IMG/VR virus record: IMGVR_UViG_3300032897_000002
Span: 17,533 to 81,532 of that record
Length of the DNA: 64,000 bases
Direction: 5' to 3' (one strand)
Source: a virus
Part shown: positions 6,732 to 18,286 of the stretch, piece by piece
How the letters are laid out: each line of letters begins with the position of its first letter
Numbering within the stretch: position 1 is the first letter of the stretch
Position numbers and translations under genes: made by a program
Notes under the pieces: generated by a model
What the model was told of the DNA's origin: nothing
The model's input: the letters and a program-made list of their open reading frames with translations, nothing else
The model's database searches: none

Positions 6732-8132
6732 TTAGGCCCTCGGTGCTCCTGGTCCGATGCGGCCTGGACGCCACGAGACGAGCTTCCCGTTAGCTTTGAG
6801 ATATCCCCTTCCAGTTATGTACATTAATTGATTGGGATCTTTACTCATATCTAACTCTTCGATTCTGGGCTTCACCGCAATCGGAATGGGTTTGTTGGGA
6901 TTCAACCCCCCCCCAACTCGCGGAGCCTGCTGTTGAGGCTGTTGCGGCTGATAGATGGGCTCCTGCGGGGCCACACGGCGTACCGGAGGCTTCTCTGGGC
7001 CGTAGCGAAGCTCAACCACAGCTTTGATGGCGTCTTTCCGCACCTTGTCGATCTGCGGCTTGGCAAACCGCGTGATGGTGTCGATGGTGGCCTGACCGCT
7101 GTTGGTCTGGCGAAGAAGGTTTTTCAGGCTCGTATCGAAGAATGTCCCCGGCCCCAACCGGCGGGCGATCTCAACAATGCTGGCGTTTTCGAGGTCCTCG
7201 ATGGCCTTGGCCGTGAGGTTGCGCCCCTTCGACCATGTTTGCAGCACCGGCCGCACGGTACTGCGCATGTAGCTGTCCAGGTCGCGGCCAACGTGTTGTT
7301 CGAGCATCTGGCGCTTCTCGGTGCGGACCTGTTCCTGCTGCTTCTGGAGTTCATTCACGCGGGGGTCTTTGTAGCGGTTCTTGATCTCGTCATCCATGCC
7401 GCGAAGTTTCTTGATCCACTCCTCGACGGCCTGAATCTTCGCGCCCGCCCGCGCTACTCCATCTGCGGTGCCGGTCTTGAGTTCCTGAAGGGCTTCCGAC
7501 AACGCTCCCGTAGCGCCCTGGCCGTCCAGCGTGTCCAAGATCGGCCGCATGACGGCGAGGAAGTAGGCTTGCTGGTCCATTTTCTGGAGGATGCTGAGGG
7601 CTTCCGGTACGAGCTTCTTGAACCCCTCGGGGCTGGCTTGGCTCATCTCCTCGATCAGCCGCCCGTCGCCGTGGTCGAGCATGTCGTCAATGTCGGCCAC
7701 CCGGTCGCCCAACTTCTGCATCTCCATAAGGCCGTCAAAGCCTCCGAAGGCGTCGATGGTGGCCTGCGCCCCCCGCGCTTCTTCGACGGTCGGATAGACT
7801 TCCGTGAAGCCCTTCCAACGCCCGTAGGCGGCCTGGAGTTCGCGGAGGGCCGATGCGTGCTGAGGCGCCGTCGTGCGCAGTTCCCTGATGGCCTTATACA
7901 CATTCGCCGGTAACGGAGGCGTCTCCTCCTGCAAGGGCGATGGCGCTGGCTCGGCCGGTTGCGCACCCTCCCCTTCTACGGGGGGCATTTCCCCGCCTTC
8001 TCCCGGCTGTGGTTCCAGCGGGGCTTCCGTCCCCAGTCCCGTTTCGACCGGAAGTTGCTCTGTGCCGCCCTCCGGCGCTGCGCCCGTTCCTGAATCTACC
8101 AAGCCTTGCAAAGTGTCGATATCGGCTCCCAT
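6732..8132 (-). CDS. Probable capsid scaffolding protein
   Basis: Acidic Pro/Gly-rich N-terminus, helical core, located between portal-like and capsid genes. Confidence 0.55.
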   Translation of the reverse strand: MGADIDTLQGLVDSGTGAAPEGGTEQLPVETGLGTEAPLEPQPGEGGEMPPVEGEGAQPAEPAPSPLQEETPPLPANVYKAIRELRTTAPQHASALRELQAAYGRWKGFTEVYPTVEEARGAQATIDAFGGFDGLMEMQKLGDRVADIDDMLDHGDGRLIEEMSQASPEGFKKLVPEALSILQKMDQQAYFLAVMRPILDTLDGQGATGALSEALQELKTGTADGVARAGAKIQAVEEWIKKLRGMDDEIKNRYKDPRVNELQKQQEQVRTEKRQMLEQHVGRDLDSYMRSTVRPVLQTWSKGRNLTAKAIEDLENASIVEIARRLGPGTFFDTSLKNLLRQTNSGQATIDTITRFAKPQIDKVRKDAIKAVVELRYGPEKPPVRRVAPQEPIYQPQQPQQQAPRVGGGLNPNKPIPIAVKPRIEELDMSKDPNQLMYITGRGYLKANGKLVSWRPGRIGPGAPRA

Positions 8133-8158
8133 TTATTAAGCTCCTTTTTATTTTCGGT

Positions 8159-11100
8159 TCAAACTTGTGGTCCTGGTGCAACAATCGGCATCGGAACGGC
8201 GGGTCCGGTCGGATGCTTCGATTTCTCAAGCTCGGCCTGAAATTCGCGGGTCGTTGAAACGTCCGAACCCGTCACCGTGGTATCTCCCCGGCGCTGCAAC
8301 TCCTTCGCCACCGATTCGGCCGGCAGGTCGCTCAGCTTGCCACTGATGTTCATGGGCTTTACAACGGGCTCGGGCGGAGGCACCTTTGCTTTATGCTCAG
8401 AAAAGTGCAGATTAAGGTTGAGGAAAGCTGCCTGTTCCTCGGGACTCCCGTTGGCGAGTTTGCGTCCACGCGGGTCGTTGATCACATCGAGACACGCTTC
8501 CGCCTCCGACGCATGATCGTCTGTGTCGCGCACTGGGACCGTGGAAACAAGGTCTGGCAGCGCGTTGATGGCCGCTTCCATCTGCATAAGGGCCTGTGTC
8601 TCCTCGGGGGTTATCACGACGCCCTGCAACATCTTCGCGGCTGCCTGCGCCTTGGCCTGCTCGAAGGCCATCTGGGCCTGCTGCTTGGCGGGATTGGGAA
8701 CGGGGCCGCTGGCTAGCAGTACATCCAACTCGCCCATTTGTTTGTCGTAGGCGTCGGCCTCGGAGCACTTGAAGTGTCCGATGCGGAACGACTCCATCGC
8801 GGCCCGGATATTGGCGACCTTGCTGAGCAGTTTCATGACGAGCGGGTTGGTGACCTGCATCAGCACGCGGTTCCATGCGGCCTGACGCTGCGCGGGACTC
8901 TCGGAGTACCCGGCATCATCCTGCGGGAAGCACAGCACATTACCCTTGAGGTCGTCAATTTCGATATCGACCGCCTCGCCATTCTTGTCGGTTTGGTGGA
9001 TGGAGGCATTCCGGCAGCGGGCCGCGAGTTGCACGGCCTGGCGATGGTAATTGCAGGTGGCCATCTTCATGGCGTGCCACGGCGTTCCCTGGGTCGCGAG
9101 GGCCTGATCGCGCTGGATTTCGAGAGCGACACCGGATGGATTCGCAACGTCTGTATTGGCCGTGGACCCGAAGAGAGTCGGTAAGGCGTGCACAATCAAC
9201 TGCGGCAACTGCTCGATGAAGTACATGATTAACTGGATCATGAACGGCTGGCCGGTGGGGGTCGGAAACACAAACATGGAGTCGGCTATGGGCTTTCCCG
9301 CCGCTGCGCCTTGAAGCTGCCGCGAGTCCACTGGGATGAACGCCCCCGGATTCGAGCCGGTCTTGTTGAGCGCGTCCACGTCGAACAGCACCGTGTCCAC
9401 TGCGGTGTGCGGGACGCACTTGGTCATGTAGGCATCGGCCAAATCGAGCCAGTTGTTGAGGCGCCGCTGGATGGACGTGAGGCTGGACATGAGGGACTTG
9501 CGGTTCTGGCCTGTACCCGGAAGGGCCTGGATGAGCGTGAGGTGATCATCCATGCACTCATTGCGGGCCTCGATGAACGTGTCCCCGGCCATATAGCACT
9601 TCACGCCGTCGGGGAACGCATCGAACAGTTCACGCCGCACATCGAGGTCTTCCACTTCCATAAACATCGCGGGCCGCATCCAGATGCGATGCAGCGTGAC
9701 ATCCTTTACGAGCGAGTCCCCGGTGACGTAGCTCGCTTCGAGCGACAACGACACGTTGATGCGGGCAATGCGGTCCAGTTCGATTTCGGCCACGCCGGAA
9801 CCACCCGGCTTGATCTTGTCGGCTTTCTTGGGGAACATGGCCTTCAGCCGCGCCACATCGAACTCGCGGGAGACCTTCACGAAATCCATTTCGTCAAGCG
9901 ATTGCGCGACGATGGGGACCTTCGCCTCTAACTTGCCGCAGACCTCCACGACTTCCTGCCCACGCGGGATGCCACGCTTGATGCCGGCCGGTTGAGTGCC
10001 GGTGGATTTGGGGAAGATGGGCCGCATGTCGTAGTTGGCGTCCTCTTTCTGCTCCACCACCGCTACGCCACCCGGAGGCACGTTGGTAATGCCGTAGGGA
10101 ATCTCAGGGTTCAGAAATTGGCCCACAGAACTAATAACCGAATCATGACAGACGATGGCAAACGGTAGCCCCGGAGTTCGCAGCAGGTCCAGAATTGCAG
10201 AAGCAACGCGCTGATTGAACTCCTCGACATTCTCTCCGCCGGGAGCTTCCTCTTCGCCGGTAAAGATTTCGCGTATTTCCTCGGCATTTTTTTGCGCATC
10301 CTCTCCCGTAAGCGTTCCCAGGTCGAAGGCGGCTAGACGGTCATCAACATCGTAAGGCACCCCAAGGGCCTGCGAAACGTATTCGGCCGTCTCCACGCTC
10401 CGCTGTACGGGGCTGCACACAATGCGGCTGATGTTCTTGCCCTTCAGGAATGCCGCTACCTTCTCGGCCTCGCGCCGTCCGAGCTTGTTGAGCGGGTCCT
10501 GCGACTCGCCGCGCAGCTTGCCCTCAGCGTTCTTTTCGGTCTCGCCGTGGCGCACGATGTAGAGCAGGGGATTGTTGACGTGCTCTTCGGTTTCGGGCAC
10601 AACGGGCTCGGCAGGCTCGTTGAGGGGCTCCCGCCCAAAGCGCTGCGCGTCGATAACGTGGTCTGTTATCAACACGACCCGGCCATCGGTACAGAGGTAG
10701 TTGGCGATCTGCATGTGGGTGCCCAGCAGGTCGTTCTGGCTCTCGAACACGCGGGCATAATTGGACGCGGCTTCCTTCGCGGTGATGTCGGCATCGTCCT
10801 CGGGGTCACGCGCCTGGAACTGCACGCCGGGAATGTCACGCGATAGCGCTGCCGTGATGATCTGCTCGTAGCAGCCGTAGATGTTGGTCTCGTTGCCCCA
10901 GAACTTCTTGTTGCGGGTTGTGCCGCCGATGGTGCCGCTGAAACCGAGGGCTACCCAGCCGCCACCACGTCTCGGTAAAAGATATTGATAACCACGGGAA
11001 TAGAGTCTTTGGGACCAAGCGTCTTCAAACTTCCCATCTGCGCGCGGCCAAGTCGCGCCTTGCGGTTGCACCGCACAGGTCTACTAACGTGTTTTCTGCC

Positions 11101-11240
11101 TTCTCGCTGAGCTTACTTGGCTGATATGGTGACGACCAAGCAGGACTAATTTCGCCCGGTTCAAATTCTAGGCTAGGATCGCCTTGCGGCCTTTTCTTGG
11201 TTTCTTCATCAGTCGAATTGAAGGTAGGGTATGTTGCCAT
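8159..11240 (-). CDS. Probable portal protein with inserted histidine-phosphatase domain; apparent +1 frameshift near 11027
   Basis: ORF 11025-11240 (with SD) ends ARRWEV* and the overlapping frame continues EDAWSQRLY. Removing one T joins them into about 1026 aa. The portal call rests on size and position before scaffold and capsid. RHGET motif near 10550. Confidence 0.6.
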
Positions 11241-11273
11241 CAGATGGTATCCCTCCGATCTCCTGAAACTCGC

Positions 11274-11702
11274 TCATTGGATCACTATTGAATCCCTTTG
11301 ACGCGATTCAAGCAATTTTTCGTGCAACGCTTGGCGGTATGCCAATTTCTCCTTTGGGCAACTCTCTCGCCGTTGCGTATGGACAACCAAGGTTTCTATG
11401 AAATCCAACGCTAGGCCGATCTGTTCTCGTTTTCGAATTGAATGCGGATATATGTCGGCAAGAAATCTTTTTGCCGAAGTTCCGACAGCTTTTAACTGCC
11501 AGCAAGCCGCAGATTTTCTGGGTTGGCGAAGTCTAAATTCTGGGTAGAGTAGCTGAATTGCGGAGAGAAGCCCTTTGTCGTTTTGGGCTATTTCAACATT
11601 CAGTTGGCCGAACGGGGTCGAGGGCTTGATGGTATAGATGCTTACACAGCCTTCGCCATCAAAGAAGCCTGCGAGCCATTGAGGAGTTATTCTTTCAATC
11701 AT
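11274..11702 (-). CDS. Free-standing LAGLIDADG homing endonuclease
   Basis: Motif WLAGFFDGEG. No intron core was seen in the flanks. Confidence 0.88.
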   Translation of the reverse strand: MIERITPQWLAGFFDGEGCVSIYTIKPSTPFGQLNVEIAQNDKGLLSAIQLLYPEFRLRQPRKSAACWQLKAVGTSAKRFLADIYPHSIRKREQIGLALDFIETLVVHTQRRESCPKEKLAYRQALHEKLLESRQRDSIVIQ

Positions 11703-11816
11703 TTTGTTGGCTGGCCCCGCCCGGTTAGTGTCTGTGCGGGGCTCCTGCCTCTTTGGCAGTCAGATGTCCTGCCAAACCGGATACTACTTAAAAATCATTG
11801 CAAATGCAAATGCTCC

Positions 11817-11999
11817 TTACTTACCTGCCTTAACTTTCCTGCTGGTGAGACTTTCTTTCGGAAAGTCGCACCCTCCTATTCCGCCCGGTATTTCTTTGGC
11901 GAACCACCTGACGGTAATAGTTCCGAAAGGCTCTTGAATTCTTGTTATCGTCAGAGCCGGACTTCCGCTCTTCAGGTAAACAACGTCACCGACTTTCAT
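11817..11999 (-). CDS. YodC/DUF2158-like small protein
   Basis: MKVGDVVYLKSGSPALTI...VRWF...FPKESL pattern. Confidence 0.7.
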   Translation of the reverse strand: MKVGDVVYLKSGSPALTITRIQEPFGTITVRWFAKEIPGGIGGCDFPKESLTSRKVKAGK

Positions 12000-12006
12000 T
12001 CTCACC

Positions 12007-12195
12007 TCACTTTGAAACATTCCTTGCGAAATTTGCCTGCTTAACCGTGGCCGGGTATTCATGCTCCTTGTTCGCCATGACGTGGGCCGCGTACTCTTTC
12101 GTGCTCATGCCGTGGCGCTTGGCCTTGCGGCCGAACAAACCAACTGTGCCTTTTTCTTCCTGCCGTTTTACAGCATCTTGTATCCATTTCGCCAT
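12007..12195 (-). CDS. Small basic hypothetical phage protein
   Basis: SD GGAGG, then MAKWIQDAVK...KQANFARN. Confidence 0.6.
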   Translation of the reverse strand: MAKWIQDAVKRQEEKGTVGLFGRKAKRHGMSTKEYAAHVMANKEHEYPATVKQANFARNVSK

Positions 12196-12205
12196 GGCGG
12201 ACCTC

Positions 12206-13062
12206 CTAATTGATACTCCCCTCACTTGTGACCGCCGCTGATTGGGCGCACCCGTCACTCTCGGGCCTATCGCAGTCAGAATGAAACACATCTTTCTCTG
12301 AACGAAACCAAAGCGGGCCAGACCCGTTCCAGTTATACGTCACTGGCGCGTATCCCCAGGAGAACCTTTTCCGCACTTGCAGCACTTCGAGAAGGCCCAG
12401 CGCTTGAAATTGTCAATGAAATGAATCCGCAAACGCCAGTGCAGAATATGCCATTTCGGATGGCGATACCAGGGACGCCGCTCGCGCAAAATCTTGCTCA
12501 TGATGGCGCAGAAAAAACTCTCCGCGTCCTGCTGACGAAACCACTTGTCCTCTTCGACGGTATTCGGCTGCGGTGGGTGATACCAGTTGGAATGGTATCC
12601 GCTTTTGAAGGCGAGTCTGTGGCGGAAGTTGTCGATGGAATTATGAACCATCTCGGAGGCCCACTTGGTCGCCTCATCCAGCGTCACAGGTCGCTTTCGC
12701 AATCGCCATCTTCGCCAACCCAAGCGGTTCTCCAAGCACATTGAGACGATCAGAAAGGCGCCTCGTACCAGCGCTTCACATTGAACTGCGTCCGCATTCT
12801 CCTTCGCGTCCAGCGCTGCGAACCAAGGAGTTCTCGCTTCATCTTGCGCGAGGGTTTCTATGATTTCTCTTTGAATCTGGTTCAACGGGGGATGGAACCA
12901 GCCGCAGGAATCATCTGATCGTTGGCCGGGAATATGCCGCTCCGGGTCAATGTGCCAGATCGTGATGAATGGAACCCAATAGCGCCAGCGCTTCTCCTTG
13001 CCAAAACTGTGCCACTTCCAACGCCACGGAATCACAAAAGCCTGTGTTGATGGGTCGTGCAT
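12206..13062 (-). CDS. Trp-rich hypothetical protein, probable frameshift near 12368
   Basis: The tracked ORF ends CCKCGKGSPG. The -1 frame continues RFSWGYAPV...FHSDC to a stop at 12206, completing a CxxC...HxxC pattern. Confidence 0.5.
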
Positions 13063-13322
13063 CAAACCTCCGGTGAAACAGCTTTCCAAGATTTTTCAAA
13101 TACGGCGCGAGCCGCGAGCGACACGACGCCCTGCTCATTAACTACATAGTAATCGTTTTGGTTTGCACTAACAGGACATCGCGATAGCACGCTCTGCGGC
13201 ACCGTCACCTTGCGGTCGTCCTCCAGCAGCAGGGTGACGCCGTTCATTTCATCGTGCGAAACAACGGACTTGATACGGAACGCATGAACCCTTGGAAGCC
13301 TCTGTTCGAAAACCACGTTCAC
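13062..13322 (-). CDS. Hypothetical protein
   Basis: Coupled ORF in the minus-strand operon, with a DYYVVNEQG..S....FE pattern seen in small phage proteins. Confidence 0.55.
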   Translation of the reverse strand: MNVVFEQRLPRVHAFRIKSVVSHDEMNGVTLLLEDDRKVTVPQSVLSRCPVSANQNDYYVVNEQGVVSLAARAVFEKSWKAVSPEV

Positions 13323-14070
13323 CTCAGTTCTTCAGAATGCCGTGCGGGACTTCGATCACGGCCTTGTTCAATTCCTGTTCTTTTTTGGCGTTCTCAGCCA
13401 TCACTGCTTGCATCGTGCCGGCCACAATCGCCTGCGTAACGCATTGCAGCAGAAATTCTCCCGCTTTTGCGGAGAGAACCTTGGCTTTTATTGCCTCGCG
13501 GATATCCTTTTCGTTCTCGCCTATTTCGCGGCACGTCAGGACCATCATCTTGACGGGCTGCATCATCTGCGGCGGTGCCTCGGAGGGCGGGGCGGGGATT
13601 TCGGGGTCGCTCATTATTTCCTCACTTTGGTTTTTGGTATTCGCATGTGCCACACGAAAACTTGGTTGTGTAGTGGGATTCAGGCTCAAATCTATTGCAA
13701 CACCCGCGCTCCAGACTGATGCCGCCATTCACACGCACCTTGGAGCACTCGCCATCCTTATGGGCTCCGACGAGTTCCATATATCCGGCTTCGGAGGCAT
13801 TCAATCGGGTGTCAGCCATGTCTCTCCGCATCCTTCACTAGAAATTGGCGAACTTCCTTCGGCTCAAGATAGTTGGACGGCCTGAAGCCTTCAGCCTTTT
13901 CGTTTCGAACTACGATGAGCACGAATGCTCGGCTCACTCCGCCATTGGGTTCTATCAACGGGAAGGCCGATATGCCGTTGGGGTCTTCATACAGCTTGAA
14001 GCCGTGAACCAGCGCCGTGTAGCTTAGAGCCAGCATCAACTCCGACAATTCTTGAAATCGGTTTGGAGTG

Positions 14071-14310
14071 TCAGCCATTCTGCCTCGCAAAAGATTTTTT
14101 CTTGCTTCCGGCTATCCACTTCCCGCGCCCGGCCTTGTGGTCGGACAGTTCGTCCCGGTGCTCAACCTCTTCGGACCTTATATGGGAAAAAAGCCCAGCC
14201 GACCCGGAATCACCCCGCTTGCGGGCCTGCCTGATGCCACGGCTGTAATGGTCGATGGCCTCGCGTTCGTCGCTGATGAGAGATTCGAGACAACCTTTTT
14301 GGCCCATCAT
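14071..14310 (-). CDS. Small ferritin-like (two-helix) protein
   Basis: DEREAIDHY...HIRSEEVEH metal-ligand pattern. Confidence 0.6.
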   Translation of the reverse strand: MMGQKGCLESLISDEREAIDHYSRGIRQARKRGDSGSAGLFSHIRSEEVEHRDELSDHKAGRGKWIAGSKKKSFARQNG

Positions 14311-14560
14311 TCCACCTCCGGCTCGATTTCAAAACTGAAAGGCGTCAGGGGTTCCTTACCCGCCTCGCACCAGCGCACGAACTTTCTTGCGATTTCGGGG
14401 AGAAGATAGCGCGTTGAAGCAGGGCCGGCCACGATGCAATCCTCTCGCACCATCGGGTTCGGTCCAAGCACGCGGGAAGCCGCCAGTCCGATAGGGTCGA
14501 ACATCGAACAGCGCCGATTCTCCCGGCCCCGGCTTATGTCTTCGGCTGTGACGTGGATCG

Positions 14561-14791
14561 TCAATCGCTCATGCCTCCCCGGACGAAGCCCTTCTTGGGC
14601 CTTGGCTTTGCGTGGTACACGAAACTCCCTTTATGCTGCTTAGCGACGACTGAATTAGCCGCCTTGACCGCCCGCGCATCATCGCCAGTGGACTCAAGTT
14701 CGCTGTTGGCGACGGTCGCCCAGAGCTTCTTCAGCTTTGGAGTGTCGGCCTTATGTGTTTTTTCGGAGGCGTCACTTGCAATCCACGGCAT
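14561..14791 (-). CDS. Small hypothetical phage protein (ChaB-like pattern)
   Basis: MPW...WATVANS.LE...D.ARAVKAANS, with SD GGTGAG. Confidence 0.45.
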   Translation of the reverse strand: MPWIASDASEKTHKADTPKLKKLWATVANSELESTGDDARAVKAANSVVAKQHKGSFVYHAKPRPKKGFVRGGMSD

Positions 14792-15974
14792 GACTCACCT
14801 CACCTTCTTGCCTTTCGTGAGTTGGGATTCGCTGATGGCTTTTTGAAGCAAACCCGGCTCTCGCGGCGCCTCGTCCTTGGAGAGTTTGCCGATGAACTTC
14901 TTTGCCTCGGCTCCGCACATCTTGACCTTCAACTTGACTTCGATGGCGACACCTCCTTCTCAGTCTCCGGCGTCGGAACCGAAGGCTGCGGAGTTCCCCT
15001 GCCCTCTACCCACGGCTTGCGGCTATTGACGGCCTTGATGATGATGCCACCGCGCCGCGTGATGAGGCAGCCATCGGGGTAGCGCTCCGCAAGTTTCAGA
15101 GAGCCGTCCGGGTCGGGCCACACCCCAAGAGCCTGCGGCGGAATCCATGTCGTGGTGACGGTGACGAGCTTCTCTTTGCGCTTGCGGATGTAACGCATTT
15201 TATTCTTGTGCCACTTCCTCTTCGATCTCTGGTTCGATCCTGCGCTTGTCCTCTCTCGCCAGTCTTTCAGATTCCTTCGGGCCAGTCGGATGCGCTCGAC
15301 TTCGTGCGTGAGTTTGGATTGCTGGTGGCGGAGTATCAATGCCATGTACCTGTTCAAGCACTTGATGCGCCCGGAAATATTCAGGATGGACCTGAGTATA
15401 TTTGAATCCATCGGCGTGTTTTATAACAAGCTGATGCTGCCCGTTTCCCAAAAACCTATAATGATGTTCAACAACATTTCCATGAAGCCTCATACCTTCT
15501 TCATGTGGACTGCCGCCTGGGGCTTTTGCGAAGTCATCCTCTCCCCGCTCCGACAGGCTCTTGTCCTGCTCCTGCTCGTCCAACCATTGCTGATACTTTC
15601 TGCCTTGAATGGCGGTCGGAAATCTTTTCCCATCCTTCGCTACAAATCCCGTAAGGCACCCCCAGCAGAATATTTCCGAAAGAGGTAGCTTTCAAAATGC
15701 CACGACCGCCGCATCTCGCGCTTCTCGGAGGCCGGCAGGAAGCTCAGCAGCGTGCGCCAACTGCGATGGGTCTTGAAGAAGTGATGGTGATTACGGAAAC
15801 TCTTTGTCACTCCGGGTCAGCCTCCTGCTCGCTGGTCTGGTACTCCTCGAAGCGTCCCGGCGGATGGCGCTGCTGGTACGCATCGGCCTTTTCCTTGGTG
15901 GTGAATATGCCATCCACGACCCAATGCTCGCTTACCGTCCAACGGCTTAGGATATAGACCTTCATGGTGGAATC

Positions 15975-16856
15975 CTATTCTTGCTTGGTTTTTGAATCAA
16001 GCAATTTTTTGAGCGACTCGACGGCGCACAGGCTGCACAGTGAGAACACGGTGATTTCGCCCGCTGCACGCGGCTCCGCTTCGATCTTGAAACCACCCTC
16101 GGTCAGCCGCTTCGCGAACTCGTCAATTTCGGATGCGGAGGGCTTCAGCGAGATGGTCAGGCATGGCCTGCCATGCTCGCAGACGGATTCTCCCAGCCGC
16201 GCCTCGCAACTAAACGGCAGAACCAGACGTGCTTCCGCCGCCGCGATCTCTTCCTCGGTGGGGGGATTTTGCGTACTCCAGAAGAGTCCCTGGTGCGTGT
16301 AATTGGCACCGGGGGAGAGCACAAATCCCGCCAGTTGCAACTCTTCCTCCGTCATGTCAAGGTCAAGCGTAAGATTGTCGGGCCAGCAAAAGTCCATAGC
16401 CGCTCGCTTGGCGTCGTAGATGACCAACTCTTTCCCGCTGTCCGTTATCGGACTGAATTCCAGCCGCATGATGGGATCGGGGAGGCAGGTTATAAGGTGA
16501 AAACGCTCGGACGGTAGGCAGGCCGGAATCTTTGTTTCCGGCAGGAGTCCGCTCTTCTCACGAATGAATGCGTGTCGGCCCACGGTGAAGATATAAACAT
16601 GATTCTGCGACTGGGGAACCTCTGGAGGAGGACTGAGTGAAGGCCAGCATCTACGATTGGCGTCTGCTTGGAAGCTTTGCTCTTGCTTTTTGATCGCCTC
16701 GCTTTTAGGCGCGACGATGCGGGCGTCGATGGAAGCCTGACGCTCTTTTATGATCTCAGGACTGGGCTTTTTTATTCTAGGGGCGGGGACTATTTTCTTG
16801 CCAAAAAACTTACTAAGCCACTGCCTAATCTTTTCGAGCATCTTCGGTCCTTTCAC
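15975..16856 (-). CDS. Hypothetical protein
   Basis: 293-aa ORF coupled to its neighbours; no recognised motif. Confidence 0.55.
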   Translation of the reverse strand: MKGPKMLEKIRQWLSKFFGKKIVPAPRIKKPSPEIIKERQASIDARIVAPKSEAIKKQEQSFQADANRRCWPSLSPPPEVPQSQNHVYIFTVGRHAFIREKSGLLPETKIPACLPSERFHLITCLPDPIMRLEFSPITDSGKELVIYDAKRAAMDFCWPDNLTLDLDMTEEELQLAGFVLSPGANYTHQGLFWSTQNPPTEEEIAAAEARLVLPFSCEARLGESVCEHGRPCLTISLKPSASEIDEFAKRLTEGGFKIEAEPRAAGEITVFSLCSLCAVESLKKLLDSKTKQE

Positions 16857-17070
16857 GGTTGTGGGGCAAGCGGAATTTCGTCCATCTTCGGCCCTTGTCG
16901 CACTATCTCTGCTATTTTTGCCAGCATGGCTCCAAGGGCCATCGACTCGACGCTCCCTGGCATCACGTTGACCACCGTTATGCAGCCATATTGATTCAGT
17001 CTGTCCAAAATCATTTGTAGGCCATTCAGTGACATTCGGCAGCCATTAAAATCTACTCTTGTGGGCTCGT

Positions 17071-17499
17071 TCACCGCTTCACCTCCATGCCCGGAGGAGC
17101 AGGAATTCCAGCGCGTTCCCAGTCGATCTGCTTGACGATCTCGGGCGGTAACTCCGTGATGTCCCCCCAAAGCATTTTATTGGCAGCCGCCAGTGCGCCA
17201 CGGACACGCTTATTGTCGTCCACCAGGGTCTTGCCCGCTTCCCTGAGCGTGTCCACCTCCGTCTGCAACCGCGCCTTATCGGCCTGGAGGCCCTCAATCT
17301 GCTTCGTGAGCATTTCGGCCGTCTGCTGTGCCGCCACGATCATGTTGGACTGCGAAGCATTCAGGGCCTTCAGCGATAATACTTCGGGCCGTAGGCGTTC
17401 AACCTCATCGTGATCTTGCTGGTGGTCTTTGAGGAGTTTCAGGTACTCATCGCGGTCCAGCTTGACGTGCGGGCGGAATAGGCGTTCAAGGAAGGTCAT
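17071..17499 (-). CDS. Coiled-coil hypothetical protein
   Basis: SD GAGGTG and a heptad pattern. Confidence 0.55.
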   Translation of the reverse strand: MTFLERLFRPHVKLDRDEYLKLLKDHQQDHDEVERLRPEVLSLKALNASQSNMIVAAQQTAEMLTKQIEGLQADKARLQTEVDTLREAGKTLVDDNKRVRGALAAANKMLWGDITELPPEIVKQIDWERAGIPAPPGMEVKR

Positions 17500-18286
17500 A
17501 GCGTTTCACCTCGGAATATCAATCTCAGTCCCGGTCCCCCAGACGTTATCCATCTGCGTGATGACGGACTCCGGGCAGTCCGTCGTGACGATGCGTCCCA
17601 CTACTCCGGTTTCGCGGTCATGCACGATGAAGCCGACGATCTCCAGATGGAGACGGGCGAGGCGGTTGGAGAGTTCTTCCACGGTGATCTTCGGCATCAG
17701 TCTTCCATTCTTGCGATTGCTTCTCGGTAAGCGATTTCAAACCGCACCGCGTCGGCCGTAGCTGAGTCCTCTTCTTTGCGGGAGTATCCTGGTGATTCAT
17801 ACATTTCGAGCGCATCATAAAGGAAAACGGTGTGTGCTTCCTTTATGGCCTTGTAATCAGGCATTTTTGGTATCACGCCGTCCATCACTTAGCCTCCGGG
17901 GGCCGCTGTAGTGCGGCATTAACGCGCAGCGCACAGGAATGGCAGAGGTCTACCGGCACGGGGCTTACCGCTACTGATGGAGTAATCCCAATTGAAAAGC
18001 TAATTTGGAGCCTTGCCCCAACTTCTCTTGGGTCTCCGATTACTCGGTCACAGCGATCACAATGAGTCTTCGTCATCAAGCATCTCCATAAGAGTAGTCG
18101 TCCGCATTGTACCGCTTTCGGGCGTCCGGGTCACTGAGATAGCGGACGGCGCGGCCACCCGGATAGACCTTGTAGAGCCCGCGCCCGCTGATACGCGCCC
18201 AGAGGGCCTCGTTGATTCTTGCGGAGGCGGCTAGGGCTTCTTCGAGTGAGTCAAACCAGATTGGGTGCTTTGGATATTGCATTGTG

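Noticed and set aside
10030-10570. Intein in the portal protein
   Set aside because: No Cys/Ser start or His-Asn end motifs; the insert carries histidine-phosphatase motifs instead.
11241-11816. Second group I intron around the LAGLIDADG gene
   Set aside because: No P7 core elements were seen, and the flanking genes have their own starts and stops.
12360-12375. Programmed -1 frameshift
   Set aside because: G GAA AAG is not a strong slippery heptamer, and a single-base loss in an A run is more simply a sequencing error.
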